64,000 bases of DNA from Macrostomum lignano (taxonomy: Eukaryota), in contig NIVC01000237.1 of NCBI GenBank assembly GCA_002269645.1, positions 124,001 to 188,000 on the forward strand. The letters run 5' to 3'. Of this stretch, positions 12,501 to 25,100 are shown in pieces. The notes beneath the pieces are model-generated. The model was not told the DNA's origin. It did no database searches and was given only the letters and a program-made list of their open reading frames with translations. Position 1 is the stretch's first letter. The number at the start of each line of letters is the position of its first letter. The position numbers and the translations under genes were made by a program.

Positions 12501-14099
12501 GTGCAGTAACAAAGTAAAGTAATTAAATATTTTTACTCCTTGGGTAAAACAGAAACTAAGATCTCTAGTTTTACAAACTTTCTTAACCCAAAAAGATAAT
12601 TATTTCACCTTTAAAAAGACTGTGCTTTAAAATATTATTTGTTGTATCTACAAGCACCAATTTAAGCGCGTAATTGCCCCAAGGACGACTTAAGTCGTTC
12701 TTGATGCGAATTTGACCGTACATAGCGCAGGCGACAAGACCTACGATCATGGAATGCCCGTCAAAACGGCCACACGACAAAACGGCCACATAAAACAAAA
12801 TCTTACAGCGTCTATCGAATTTTGTACTGTTAGGACAACAGATGTAATAATTGTAATAGAAGTGTAAAATATCTTTAAGGCAGTTAGAGTAACAGTTATC
12901 TCTGATGTGAAATTTTGATCCAGGCATGGAGCCGATTTCAGGAGACCACCCTCCTGCGCCTAGCTGCTAGCTGCTAGGCTTGTATTATATTAGCTCTCCT
13001 AGCTGCTGGAGATGATTGCAATTGGATTTTTTAGTGCAGCTTCGAGAGTGACATTCAGCTCTAATACTGCAGTGCACTGCGAAAATTTAAAACCATGCAA
13101 GTACATTTGTGGGATTATTTCTACTTTTGCGATCAATTTATATGGAACATCGGCTAGGCATGTACATAGAAGCATAATTCACGCAAAAGGGGCATAACGT
13201 GGGGCGGCATTAAACACATAGAATAAAACAAAATTAACGGCTCTCGTCCAGCGTCAGGTAAGCGAGAAGCATAATGCAGGAAACATGCAAATTCACCGGC
13301 GGAAGTGATGTCATCCCAAGTAATGGAAAAGAAACACGAAATTTCGACACTAGCATGCAAAAAAATTAAAAATGAAAGTTAGTCAAATTATTGCTTTGTG
13401 GCAACTTGCCTGCCACAATATCCTAATCCTAGGTCTACTTGCTATAGGCCCTTAGTCCCATTAGGCCTATATATTAAAATATGCCATATTATTGTGTTGG
13501 CCCATTTAACTATATAATAAGAGAACTAGGCCTAGGTGGTCTTTTATCAGGTTATATTGGCAAATGACAATGCTATATAGGGTAAGACCAAGTCAACCAA
13601 CATTTCTAAAAATATGATTCTTTAGGTTACAAGTATTTTGTTGCATTTTTATTTGTGACTTAATTGACATAGTTTATTATAGACTAATTTCCTTTTACAG
13701 TTCTTTCTTGCACTCAAGTTTTATTGCCCCAATCCTTTTCTTTGTTAACTAATAAAATATATACTTGCAATTCAGCTCTAATAAGTTTAATTGTAGGCCT
13801 AGTTTTATTACAAGGTATTATAAATTCATGAATAGGCCTAATAGATTATCAATATGACAAAAAATTATATTTTCTAGCTATTACAGTATTATTATATTGT
13901 ATTGTATTACATTAGAAATTCATTGCTTTAGTTGCCAAATTGACTAAGCCTATTTACACTGTCAATCATATTTTTAAGCAATCGATATGATGTAAAAAAT
14001 ATATTTTTCTACAATCAATTATAAACTTACCTAAATAGTTTAAATATCTCTTTTTTAGTGTAACAGGGCTATTAGGGCCTACCTCCTACTTTATCAATT

Positions 14100-14410
14100 T
14101 TAATCCCACTAAATGCCACCAAAGTTGTAATAGTGGTTCTTGTTCTCTCTAGGCCTATTTAAATCTCAACTGCTAACACCAAAGTTGTGGTAGGCCTTTC
14201 AGCTCTCTCTAAAAAATCCCACCGCTGGTATCAAAGTTGTAACAGGCCTTTTGACACCCTATGAGAATTCTAACGTTATGCTACCAAAGTTGTCGCAGGG
14301 GAGACTTCCTTCTTAATTATATCCCACCGCTGAGTCACCAAAGTTGTGGTAGGGGGTTTTCCTATATGATATTAGATCCTACTTCTGACACCAAAGTTGT
14401 TACAGGGGTT
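14100..14410. repeat. Old degenerate tandem repeat, ~53-60-bp unit with conserved core (C)ACCAAAGTTGT
   Basis: Six cores at ~14117, 14177, 14231, 14282, 14336 and 14389. The intervening sequences are mutually related (TCCCAC... before the core, ...AGG(G/C) after). Confidence 0.75.
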
Positions 14411-14878
14411 ATTCTTCTGTCTCTATAAATGTCTCAATGTTGGTAGCTGCCACTAGGATTATCCTATTAATAAATTATAAGTTTATCAATCTTAGAATAA
14501 TCCAAGAAATGTTTCTTAGAATTGATCTGAGTATATATCCTAGTATTTAGTCTGAGTATTTAGTCTGAGTATTTAGTCTGAGTATTATTCTTAGAAAATT
14601 ATTAGCCCTTTAAGATTTTATTCCTCTGTTATTTTGGTAGCATTCTGTTATTCTGGTAGCGTTCTGTTATTCTGGTAGCGTTCTATTTAATAATTTGGCC
14701 TGAGCGGTATTTTGGCTTACTGGCATATGTATTTCATGTACTTTGCAAGTTCTTGGGTGTTACCAAGATCAGAGGGTCATAGCCTCCGGTTATTCTTACA
14801 CTTATTACTTCGGAACTACTTTGTATTTCTTACTACTCAATGCTGCTGTTCTCAATAGTATATACTGTATATGCTTCA

Positions 14879-15664
14879 GGCTCATTCCATATAAGATAGA
14901 CATATTTGGAAAATAGAAAAAAGTCAATATTTTTGCTTGCCATTGCCTAATTAGCCTATTTTTTTACCAAATGTTTATATTGTGCAATATATACAATCTA
15001 AGAATAAAGGAATGGTAAAATGTTGGATTAGTATGTTATCAATTGGCAAAAAGTCATTTTTGTAAAAATTTGGACATTTTTCGAAGCAAAAGACATCATT
15101 AAGATTTTGTACCTTTTAAAAACAAATAGAAAGCTTTTGAAGGTTGAAACAAACTATAGATAAAAGTATAGTACTTGTATCATCAGATAAAAGCATTGGT
15201 GACCAAATAATCTATTATATTTTTAATGTATTAGTACCTCAAAGTTACTGAATTGACAGAAAAAAATATGTTACGACCATAATGTTACGACCATAAGGCT
15301 GCCTTTTCTTTTGTATCTTTGTTGCCTTTTGAGTTTATATATTCTAATAAAAGAGTATGATTTCTAAAGATGTTCTTAGTCAAATTTTAAAAATGTATTG
15401 CAAAATATCAAAAATGAAAAATGTTATAAGACTTTTACCTTTTAGTTTCTATATGTCAAAAATCCTGTCGTTACGACCATAAGTGTCATTTAAGGTTTAA
15501 TATCATCTATACTAATGATGATATCTATATGAAACTCTATATATATATTCTAGACAAAATAATCTTTCATTTATAATATTGGTTTAGTATATTCTATTAT
15601 TAGATTTCATTTTATAAGTAAAAATAACCTGTCATGTTACGACCATGCTTATATGGAATGAGCC
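14879..15664. mobile_element. Non-autonomous DNA transposon (MITE), 786 bp, 17-bp perfect TIRs, 4-bp TSD TTCA
   Basis: GGCTCATTCCATATAAG at 14879-14895 and its reverse complement at 15648-15664; TTCA at 14875-14878 and 15665-15668. Four internal GTTACGACCAT motifs (15270, 15284, 15470, 15636). AT-rich, no ORF. Confidence 0.85.
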
Positions 15665-17711
15665 TTCAGTCTATTTCGCTCTTATGTCTGCAAAAGAATG
15701 ACTCGGAAAACGGCTCCTCTTATATTTATTCGTAACACTCCTTTCTTTATATGCTTACTCCTTTCATAGGAACTGCACAAAGGCAAGTTGCTCTCTCTTT
15801 GGCTTGGATCGCATCTATTTATACTAAATTATTTCGTAGTTTTAAACAAAAATTAATTCGCAAAAATATTTTGGAAAATACGTACAGTATAACAAATCGT
15901 TTGCTTAGTATTTTGGCACAAATTTAAAAGCATCAAATCGTAAAATTATAGATCGCCCTGCACATTAGCATAGACCCTACTAAAATTATGAGTAATATTT
16001 TGGCAGCTCACTGTATATATTTAGGGAGGCCAAGTTATAAAAAGATCAAGAGTGGTAGTGCAATATATTTATTATTTATAATGGGAGTGACTTAGCCCAA
16101 GGGTGAAATGTTGCCCAATCAGCATTAGTAAATAAATGGTGCAATTGCCAAACCTCTGGCTTAAAGTCCAACTGGCTAACTACATATACTTATCCCCTTA
16201 CGCATGCTAGGCAAGCTAGGGTGTTAAGTATGGGTGCACTTGCTTTCAACAATTGTGTGTAGAAATAGCCATCATAATATAATATTATTAATGATTTTTA
16301 ATAATATAATAATCATACCTTAAATAATCATAATAAAAAACATAAGATCAAATGTATCTTACCTATTATTATTTAGAAAGATTAATAACTTATTTAATAC
16401 AATATATAAGGCCTATATAGTTATAGAGAGTAAGACCAAGATAGATATTAGGGGTGTTGTTTTTATCTGTTTACCTACCAATTAAATATATGCTTACACT
16501 ACAGTCAGCAGCCGCTCTTGCCCTTCTCTCCCTTGTTGCTTTGCTTCTCACTCTAGGCTTGCAAACCCCTTAGCTATCCGGCCTCCTTGCCTCAATTCTT
16601 CCGCTGCCTACCTTGGCCTACTAATTAATTAATCAACTGATCCCAATCATAGCAATTTTCTATGTATCTAAATCTAAGCTGTCTTAAACAACACTATAAG
16701 ACTAAGGGTGGAAGCAACCTGCCGATCTGCTAAACTAAATTGTGAACTATCTAATTACCCATTACACAAAAATATCTTCCCACCTTTATTCGTCAGTCGT
16801 CATACAGTACTCATCTTTTCCTTCTCTGCAATGTTTTAGTGTTGAGAGGCAAATATGTGAATTATTTGGCTAGTCCTATTTTCAGCCAGACAACCCTCAT
16901 AGCTAGCTGGCTCCACTATTGTCAAACTTTTTTAAATTTCAAAAATTAGCTACAAGTTAAAAGCTTGTGACTAAGCCTTGCATTATATATTATAGGCCTA
17001 CTGAACATGCATCGGGGGAAACAAACAAATATATATAAGTGGCATTATACGCTCTAGGCCCACAAAACCTTTAGCTATCTAGCCTCTTTGCCTCAATTCT
17101 TCTGCTAGGCCCACAAACCCTTTAGCTATCTGGCCTCCTTGCCTCAATTCTTCAGCCACCTATATTTGATTTTATGCCTTGAGTATAAGGTTCATTATAT
17201 ATTTATAGATATTTATATAGATTATAGATACAGATAAGGTAAGATACAAATATTATATATATCGCAATATAATATCTCAGGTTGCTATGCACTATAATAT
17301 TCATGACAATCCTATATATTCCATGGCAGGTAGAAAGTTTAAACTAAATAGGGGCAAGGGGACTATACTCCTAGGATTGCCTAGCAAAATATATTGTGCC
17401 TTGTGCCTCTTTGCAGCTTCTTTTGCACCTTATGATGACAATGGCATCCCCAGTGAAAATGTTTCTTTAAAGATGTGGCCCAAAAACCAGCAGGTGTCTG
17501 GTTGAGATAATTGAGATAAACAGTTTGAGAACACATTTGCGAGCTCAAAATAAAAGAAAAATTTCAATTTCAGAAAATGAGCAACATAGTGGCAGAGAAA
17601 CATGCGATTATGAGACATGGGATATAAAATGCAAATGAATTTTTTAAGACATATAACAGACCTTTAAATATTGATTCATCATCTCCTAAACTGATTTATC
17701 CAAATTACATA

Positions 17712-17987
17712 TATACTCAGCAACATTGAAAAGTCGCCATCACAAAAGATTCCATCTGTGGTCGCCACTTTTGAGAGTGTAGGTAAAGTCTCTTAATCTT
17801 TGCAAGTGACGCAACTTAGCTATGCCGCGGCAGACTTGAGTTTAGGAATGAAATGGGGGAGCAGTGTGTGAGGCTTGGACAGATTAAAGCTATCCCAATC
17901 AGTTTTCTTGCATCTTTTATTTCAGAATAGTCCAAGAGAAATTTCTCACTGGTGCATAGTGGTGACTTTTCAATGTTGCTAAGTATA
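17712..17987. mobile_element. MITE, ~276 bp, ~28-bp imperfect TIRs ending in TA (Tc1/mariner-type TSD)
   Basis: TATACTCAGCAACATTGAAAAGTCGCCA (17712-17739) versus the reverse complement of 17960-17987: 2 mismatches in 28 bp, with TA at both outer ends. Confidence 0.75.
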
Positions 17988-20900
17988 CATGCATCAAATA
18001 TATTACATATATCAAACAAACAAATGAAATTTTAAAACGTAAGCAGAAAATTTAAGTTAGGTAAAGTTAGGTCCCAGACAAAGTGCAGCAGTCCTTTGGC
18101 AAGCGGCGCTTATAGGAGATTCCTATCTTCATCCAACTCAGAAACTCCATCTTCATCCAAGTTTCTGATGTCATCGTCAGATGCGGAAGCACTCTTGAAT
18201 AGTATTTGTTTGCCTAGAGCAGAAATTTGCATAAAGTGTTATGTATATATATAAACTTATACAAATCGTATATTGTTTGGCTCTGTAATAATATTTTTTT
18301 AGAATTGATAAAGTATTTGTAGCTAGTTAATATTGTTCATTTAAATTTAAGAGGAAAGAAGAGAGGAGTAAAGTGAATAGGAAAAGAAGGATTAGATTAA
18401 TTTTAGAGTTCAAGATATTTTGGGTTTCCCAGGTTTTCATTTATTTCCTGATTTTCCAGGTTTTTAGGTCATGGTTAAAATGAACAATGTGCTAGATAAT
18501 TTACTGTAGATGGCCATTAGGTTTTAAAAAAGAATGACAAGCTTATTGGTAGTAAGCTCCACACCATACGTGAGAAGATTTGACAGACACTGCCTTATGA
18601 TGGAAAGAGTGTGATGTGTTTTCGAATCAGGCGCTCAATTCCTATTGCTCTGAAGATGCGCAAGGTTGCAATTGACATCCCCATTGACAAATCAATGTCT
18701 ATTTGAGACCATTGCAGCGCACGGGCAAAAAAAGTAAAAAGCACGCCAAACTTCTTTGCGCACCAAATCTCTTTCCTCGATAATCTGCAAGTAAAACTGT
18801 AGAAGCTTAACACCTTGCCACTGCTATGCATGATCTCTGTTGCAACCTTCTATATCTGGTGTGCAAATCATTGCCAGATCAATCACAGCAGATGGAGCAC
18901 ACTTCTCATTATGCCTCTTTATAAGGGCTTCACCTTCCTCCGATTTGTGCTTTCTCTTCCTCCAATTTGTATAGCAATTTTTTCTGCCAAGATAACTCTG
19001 TACTCTGTTGCTCCCAATCTTGACAGGTTGCCAAGAATGTTGGGATGTCACCTAGCAATAGACAGCAAGGAATGGAAATAAAGGCTTTATGCAAATAAAA
19101 GCAGAAAAAACAGCAAGCATCAATGTTAAAATGCTTGAAGGGCCACAAACAATATTAATTACAGTTGTCAATAAACTTATAGTCCATTTTGTAAGTCAGG
19201 AAAAATTGATGGACTTTCAAATAAAACTGCTGAAGGCTTTGCTTCTCGACCTTGTCTCTTTGAAGCAACCAATAACCTGTAGTGTACAGTGTATACTAGC
19301 TGTTTTTAGTAATAAATCAATTAGAATTCAATGATGCATGCAGCTACTAATAAAGCTTACTACTGTTACTGAGCAAACTACTCAACAAGGCTACTTATAG
19401 CAAACCCAATGAACCTACTTATTGATGTTGTTGATTACATGAAAGTTGATAGAAGTCGCCCAATTATTGAGAAATTCATGCCAGTTGATATGCATCATTT
19501 CTTTCAGCTGCAAGCCAAAATGGCAGAATAGTGACCAAATGTGCTTGCAGCTTTTTCTACCAGTGAGACTAGCACCTGCTTTATATCTTATCCCTTACTT
19601 TGTCTGGCAAGCCTCTTTGTGGCCATACACATGAAAAGCTGGGATCACAAAATCTACTCTCAAGTTGCTGAAATGACTGGCTAGCTTACAACTGATATTG
19701 TAAGAGACAATCAATTTTTGGTCAGGCAGATTGTTTGCTAGAGCCTTTGTCACCATGGCTTTTGAGTAAGCTAGTCTGAAATGAAATTATAAAGCTGCAT
19801 TATGCATAGGCTAAATGTTTAAACATGACCGCACATTTTTGGAACATATATAAATTTTCCAATACCTTTCACCAGGAGTGACCATATCAGTGAGATAGAC
19901 TATAGAAAAGTGCCTACACGAGCCACAAAATAGGCCAAATATATCCAGTCTTTTTTGTTGGATGCCATTGTGAGTGCCTGGCTCTTGGCTCCTGAATCTT
20001 AGCTGGTTGCAAAGTCAACATCGACAAAAAAACAGATGCACTTGCATCTGGGGGAGAGTTCGCCTTTCTAGCCAGTTTTGGGTGTTTAAAACCAAAATAT
20101 CCATCCAGCATAAGGAATTTAGGAACATCTGGTCATTCACTGCTCACGGTCACATTGCTAACTGGCCTAGCATTGATGTCGTCAACTTCATTGACTTGTT
20201 CAACATCAGTATAAGGTACCTTTGAAAAATCAGACAGGAGCAAAAAGTAAAAATGATATTAGTAAAGAATAATTATAGAAAATATATAAGCAGTGCTAAC
20301 ATTGAAGCACGCTGGACAGGATGATTGTTGGCCCCATCGGACATCTTGCAAAAGTCATCAAAAGGCTCGAAAGCTTCCTGACGTGTTCAGGGTGCAAAAC
20401 ATATCAATCTGAAGTTAATATAGCAAATTTTATATATGCTCCCTTACTTTTTACTTTGAATTTGAACCCAGTGAGGATACATGCTTTTGCTTCGCTCAAT
20501 AATATGAGCACATATATGTACTTATTCATAGGTTGCTGCAAGTTGTGTGCACATAGTATACCAAATAAGTGAATATATAAAACACAAATTATTACTCGCA
20601 TAGGAGAGCCGAGCCACAAAGAACTTTTGATGTGCCTCCATGCATTGCATAATGATGATAGCAAGGCAATGCAATGAGACGAAATACAGTCAAGGGCAAG
20701 CAGCAAATTGAAGTTCACTGCTATGTCAGAGATATAGCCTCGATTAGCTTCTGCAATAAGCTCAAGGTGTTTTGAGGCTGCTCCGAGTCTGAGATTTTTA
20801 GCTTGGATTTTGGCTTGTATTTATTTAAATTTTGCAAGAATCAGGCTATTTTTAGTAAGTGACAATTTTGCATTTTGGAAATTTGACCTCTCAAAAATTA

Positions 20901-22174
20901 GATAGAATACAATAGATTTGAGCATTGAGTACCATATTTGGGATTCTAAATTTAGATGTTGCAAAAGATGATCACTTGTTGTTTTCGTGGTCTTTTAAAA
21001 ATAAAGTATGACAGCTCGGCATTTTAGGTTTGCATTTTCACATTTTTAAATTGCTAAGCAAGTGCTGAAGTGGAAGGCTATTGAACAGGAAGTTAGGAAT
21101 AGCCAGTGCCTGTCTCAGAGTGTCCTTCAAAAATGTTTAGAAATCAATGATCATGAAGTCTTGATGCTCATTTTTGTCCAAGGACATTTGCTGTTTGCTT
21201 TTTAGTTTGTGCAGGCCAAACTTTTATGAGTGATAAAGTACTGCCACAACAAGGATTGAACCTTGGTGCTGGAAAAAGAAGCAAAAACCATAAAAATATA
21301 GGTTTTCTATATACATATACATATATATAGTTAGCATGTTATTTAAACTAGTAAACAATGGGGCAATTTTTTTGTAAGGTGCAAAAAATGGCCCTTTGCC
21401 AATCACATGACATCACTGTTAGCAGAAAAGTTATATATTAAAGTAAACAATTGTATCTTCTTTTTGGGCTAAAAAAAAATTAAAAAAGTTTTTTTGTAAA
21501 AAGACAGCATTTACTAACTTTTGCTTGGAGCTCTATAAATAGATACTTGGAACTATATTTTTATTAAAACAGATGCATATACATATAACAGAACTCTTAG
21601 AAAGTGTAATAAAAAACTGTAACTATAATCAGTGTTGATATAGCTTATACTTTTAATATAATTTTGTCATTGATAAAAGACCATATTTATGAAGTTAGAT
21701 ATCTTAGCCTATAAGAACAGCTTGTGTCAAGTAAAAATTAGATCTTGATCTATAAAACTAGATCCCAATCAACCTCAAATTTTTAACTATCTGGGCTGCT
21801 AAGCCAATTTTGTTATAAATATCATTCATTTCAACAAATACTATTAATTCAAATTGTAATTTCTGATGTTTTATTATTATTTTTAATTTGCTTTGTACGC
21901 TTTGTTTTATATGCTATACAATAGTTATTATCCGATTTGTGATCAAATTCCTAGTTAGCGCATGTGAATGCTTATTTAAAGTTTAGAAAGTTATATAAAT
22001 TGAATATACTTTAAGTAATACATTGCACTACTAACTCTGGATCTATAACATATAGATCTATCAATCTATAACAAGCCAAATAGTATGAATAATATACTAA
22101 TAATAAACTCCAATTATTTAACTAAATCAGTCTCACTGTCAGAATCAAACCAGCATATTTGTGAATTGCATTGC

Positions 22175-25100
22175 ATGGATCCCAATAACAAGATGCAGAC
22201 GCCTGGATTTTTTCTGGACCTAACCGCGTCCACGTCAACAGTTCGCGAGGCTAACAGCGGTATGACATCATCGCAACCTCCGGCTTCAGGCTCCTCTGCA
22301 GCCAAGTCTCGGCAATCTCAATCCTCAACTTCAACATCGACATCATCAAGCAGCGATGACGAGTCAGACGATTGCGTAATCACCGGCGTCTCCTCTGATG
22401 GCGCGGCTGGCCCATCCCAGGCTGTGCAGCGAGCGCGCCGTTTCTTAGAATCGGCGCCAGTTGCCAACAGCGCCGCTGCAAACACCGCGCCGGCGCCGGC
22501 GCCACCTCCGTTGCTTCAACCTTCGCCGCCAAAGCCGAAGTGCTCTACTTTGTCAACTCAAACTGAACCAGAGTATGTGGTTCTGCTGACTGACAGTCAT
22601 AGCGACTACTTGCCGAATTCCCCGGTGCCGCCGGCTCCGCTGTCTCGATGCTCGCAGTCGCCGGCGCCTCAAATGGTGGACCAGCTGGCTATGGATTGCG
22701 TCCGTCAGCTGACTGACAGCGGGCGCTACCCTGAAAGCCGCCTAGTGCTGGAGCTGATGTCGCAGAGGCTGGGCCCCGGCCGCCTGTGGCAGTGGGGCAT
22801 CAACAACACAGACCGGGTGCCGCTTCTGCGCAGGCTGGATAGGGCCGGCGCTCAGGCCGCTCTGCACGTGCAGGTTGATCCATAGGGTATCCATAGCACT
22901 CTCCCATAGCAACCAGCCTATCTGAGGATGCGGAATATTGTTTATTAGGACACAGTTGCCCATAGCAACCAGCTGAGGTGTTTGTTGTTTACTAGGGCAT
23001 AGTTGACCATAGCAACCAGGTGATGTGTGTTGCTGTTTATTAGGACACAGTTGCCCATAGCAACCAGCTGATGTGTTTGTTGTTTATTAGACACCTTAGC
23101 AAATCAGCTGAGGTGTTTGTTGCTTATTAGGATACAGTTGCCCATAGCAACCAGCTGAGGTGTTGGTTGTTTATTAGGATACAGTTTCCCATAGCGACCA
23201 GGTAATGTGTCTGTTGTTTATTCGGATACAGTTTCCCATAGCAACCAGGTAATGTGTCTGTTGTTTATTCGGATACAGTTTCCCATAGCGACCAGGTAAT
23301 GTGTCTGTTGTTTATTCGGATACAGTTTCCCATAGCAACCAGGTAATGTGTCTGTTGTTTATTAGGATACAGTTTCCCATAGCAACCATGTAATGTGTCT
23401 GTTGTTTATTAGGATACAGTTTCCCATAGCAACCATGCAATGTGTCTGTTGTTTATTAGGATACAGTTTCCCATAGCGACCAGGTAATGTGTCTGTTGTT
23501 TATTCGGATACAGTTTCCCATAACAACCAGCTAAGAATGAGTTTGTCTTTAACTAAGATACCGTCGTTCATAGCAAGTAAATTTATAGTTACTCGTAAAC
23601 ATGTTTTTTGAAATATGGTATTCCATTATATACGAGTATCGTACAACTATGCTATGCAGTTTGATAGTGGTTTGTGCAATGCAATCCAGCTAAGCTGTTC
23701 GCCCCACGATTCTCAGGCCCTTATCCGCCAGCGCAACCTCATCACTCTGGCCGAGGTGGCCGCCTCCCTTAGCGGTTCGCGCGGCCTCACCAAAGACGTG
23801 GCTCTGCTGGGCAGCCCGCTGCGCTTTCCTTTTGTTAGGGAATATTTCTGGCCAGATCCCAGTGTGACTGCCGTGCCGCAGGTGCGTTTGTATTTGCTTG
23901 CAATTGTGCTTTTGCTCAGCTTTGCTTGTGTTGCATTTTTCTAAATCTTATATAGGTCCTTCCAAATCCTAATGTACGAGATTTTGGCTGCCAGCCTCCC
24001 AGATCCTTAGTTGCTGGGCCAGCCTTCCAGATCCTCAGTTGCTGGGCCAGCCTTCCAGATCCTCAGTTGCTGGGCCAGCCTTCCAGATCCTCAGTTGCTG
24101 GGCCAGACTCCCAGATCCTCAGCTGCTGGGCCAGCCTTCCAGATCCTCAGTTGCTGGGCCAGCCTCCCAGATCCCCAGTTGCTGGGCCAGCCTCCCAGAT
24201 CCCCAGTTGCTGGGCCAGCCTCCCAGAGTGTCAGTTGCTGTGCCAGCCCAGATCAGTTCATATATTAACTTCCCACCGCTCCGATCCGAGCAGATCAGCT
24301 CCCTAGACGTGCTTAACTATCTGGAGGTGTTCAGCTCCAGTCGGTGTCGCCGTGTCGAAGCCACCGACTGCGATGAATTTTTGGAGTACCTGTGCACTCA
24401 GCGCTGCGTGGCGTCTCCGCAGCACCTGTGCGTTCGGATTGCGAATTTCGGCGCTCTGCTCGGAGCGCTGTTTGGTACGAAAAAAACGGCGCAGAACTCG
24501 CCAGTGGTGTCCAGGTAAGACTGCTTTTACTGTAACGAAATTATTTAACACATGTAGGTTATTGTAAATAGAGGGGCAGATTCTATTTGCGGTGGGGCAG
24601 ACTATCAACAGAGGGGCGAATTCTATCAGCAGAGGGGCGAATTCTATCAGCAGAGGGGCGGATTCCATCAGCAGAGGGGCGGATTCCATCAGTAGAGGGG
24701 CGGATTCTATTAACGGAGGGGCGGATTTTAGCAATGGAAGGGCAGCAGATTCTAGCAGCAGAGGGGCGGATTCTATCAACAGAGGGGCGGATTCTATCAA
24801 CGGAGGGGCGGATTTTAGCAATGGAAGGGCAGCAGATTCTAGCAGCAGAGGGGCGGATTCTATCAACGGAGGGGCGGATTCTATCAGCAGAGGGGCGCAT
24901 TTCATCAGCAGAGGGGCGGATTCCATCAGCAGAGGGGCGGATTTCATCAGCAGAGGGGCGGATTCCATCAGCAGAGAGGCGGATTCCATCAGCAGAGGGG
25001 CGGATTCCATTAGCGGAGAGGCGGATTCCATCAGCAGAGGGGCGGATTCCATCAGCAGAGGGCGGATTCTATCAGCAGAGGGGCGGATTCTATTAGCGGA

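Larger units (their letters stand above)
4285..12511 (+). mobile_element. Degenerate Ty3/Gypsy (Mag-like) LTR retrotransposon, outer element
   Basis: 5' LTR 4285-4557 (TGTT...CAACA); PBS TGGCGACGAG at 4561-4570; PPT AGGGGGA before the 3' LTR at 12331. The 3' LTR matches the 5' LTR only to ~12508 and is truncated. Gag, protease (LDSGA), RT, RNase H and integrase fragments are in Gypsy order. No TSD is recognisable. Confidence 0.93.

Noticed and set aside
14100-14410. CRISPR-like regular spacing of a conserved 12-bp core
   Set aside because: The spacers are mutually homologous, the core is too short, the context is eukaryotic and there are no cas genes. It is an old tandem repeat.
18100-18215. 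Acidic exon-like stretch on the minus strand (LFKSASASDDDIRNLDEDGVSELDEDRNLL*) after a plausible acceptor
   Set aside because: It could not be connected to any upstream exon with a consistent frame or recognisable domain.
18430-20700. Possible highly decayed hAT-type transposase (KKQMHLHL, CLHALHN-like words; TTTTCCAGG motifs)
   Set aside because: Only isolated short words amid many stops, no TIRs or TSD found, and the orientation cues conflict. A tblastn/HMM search against hAT transposases would be needed.
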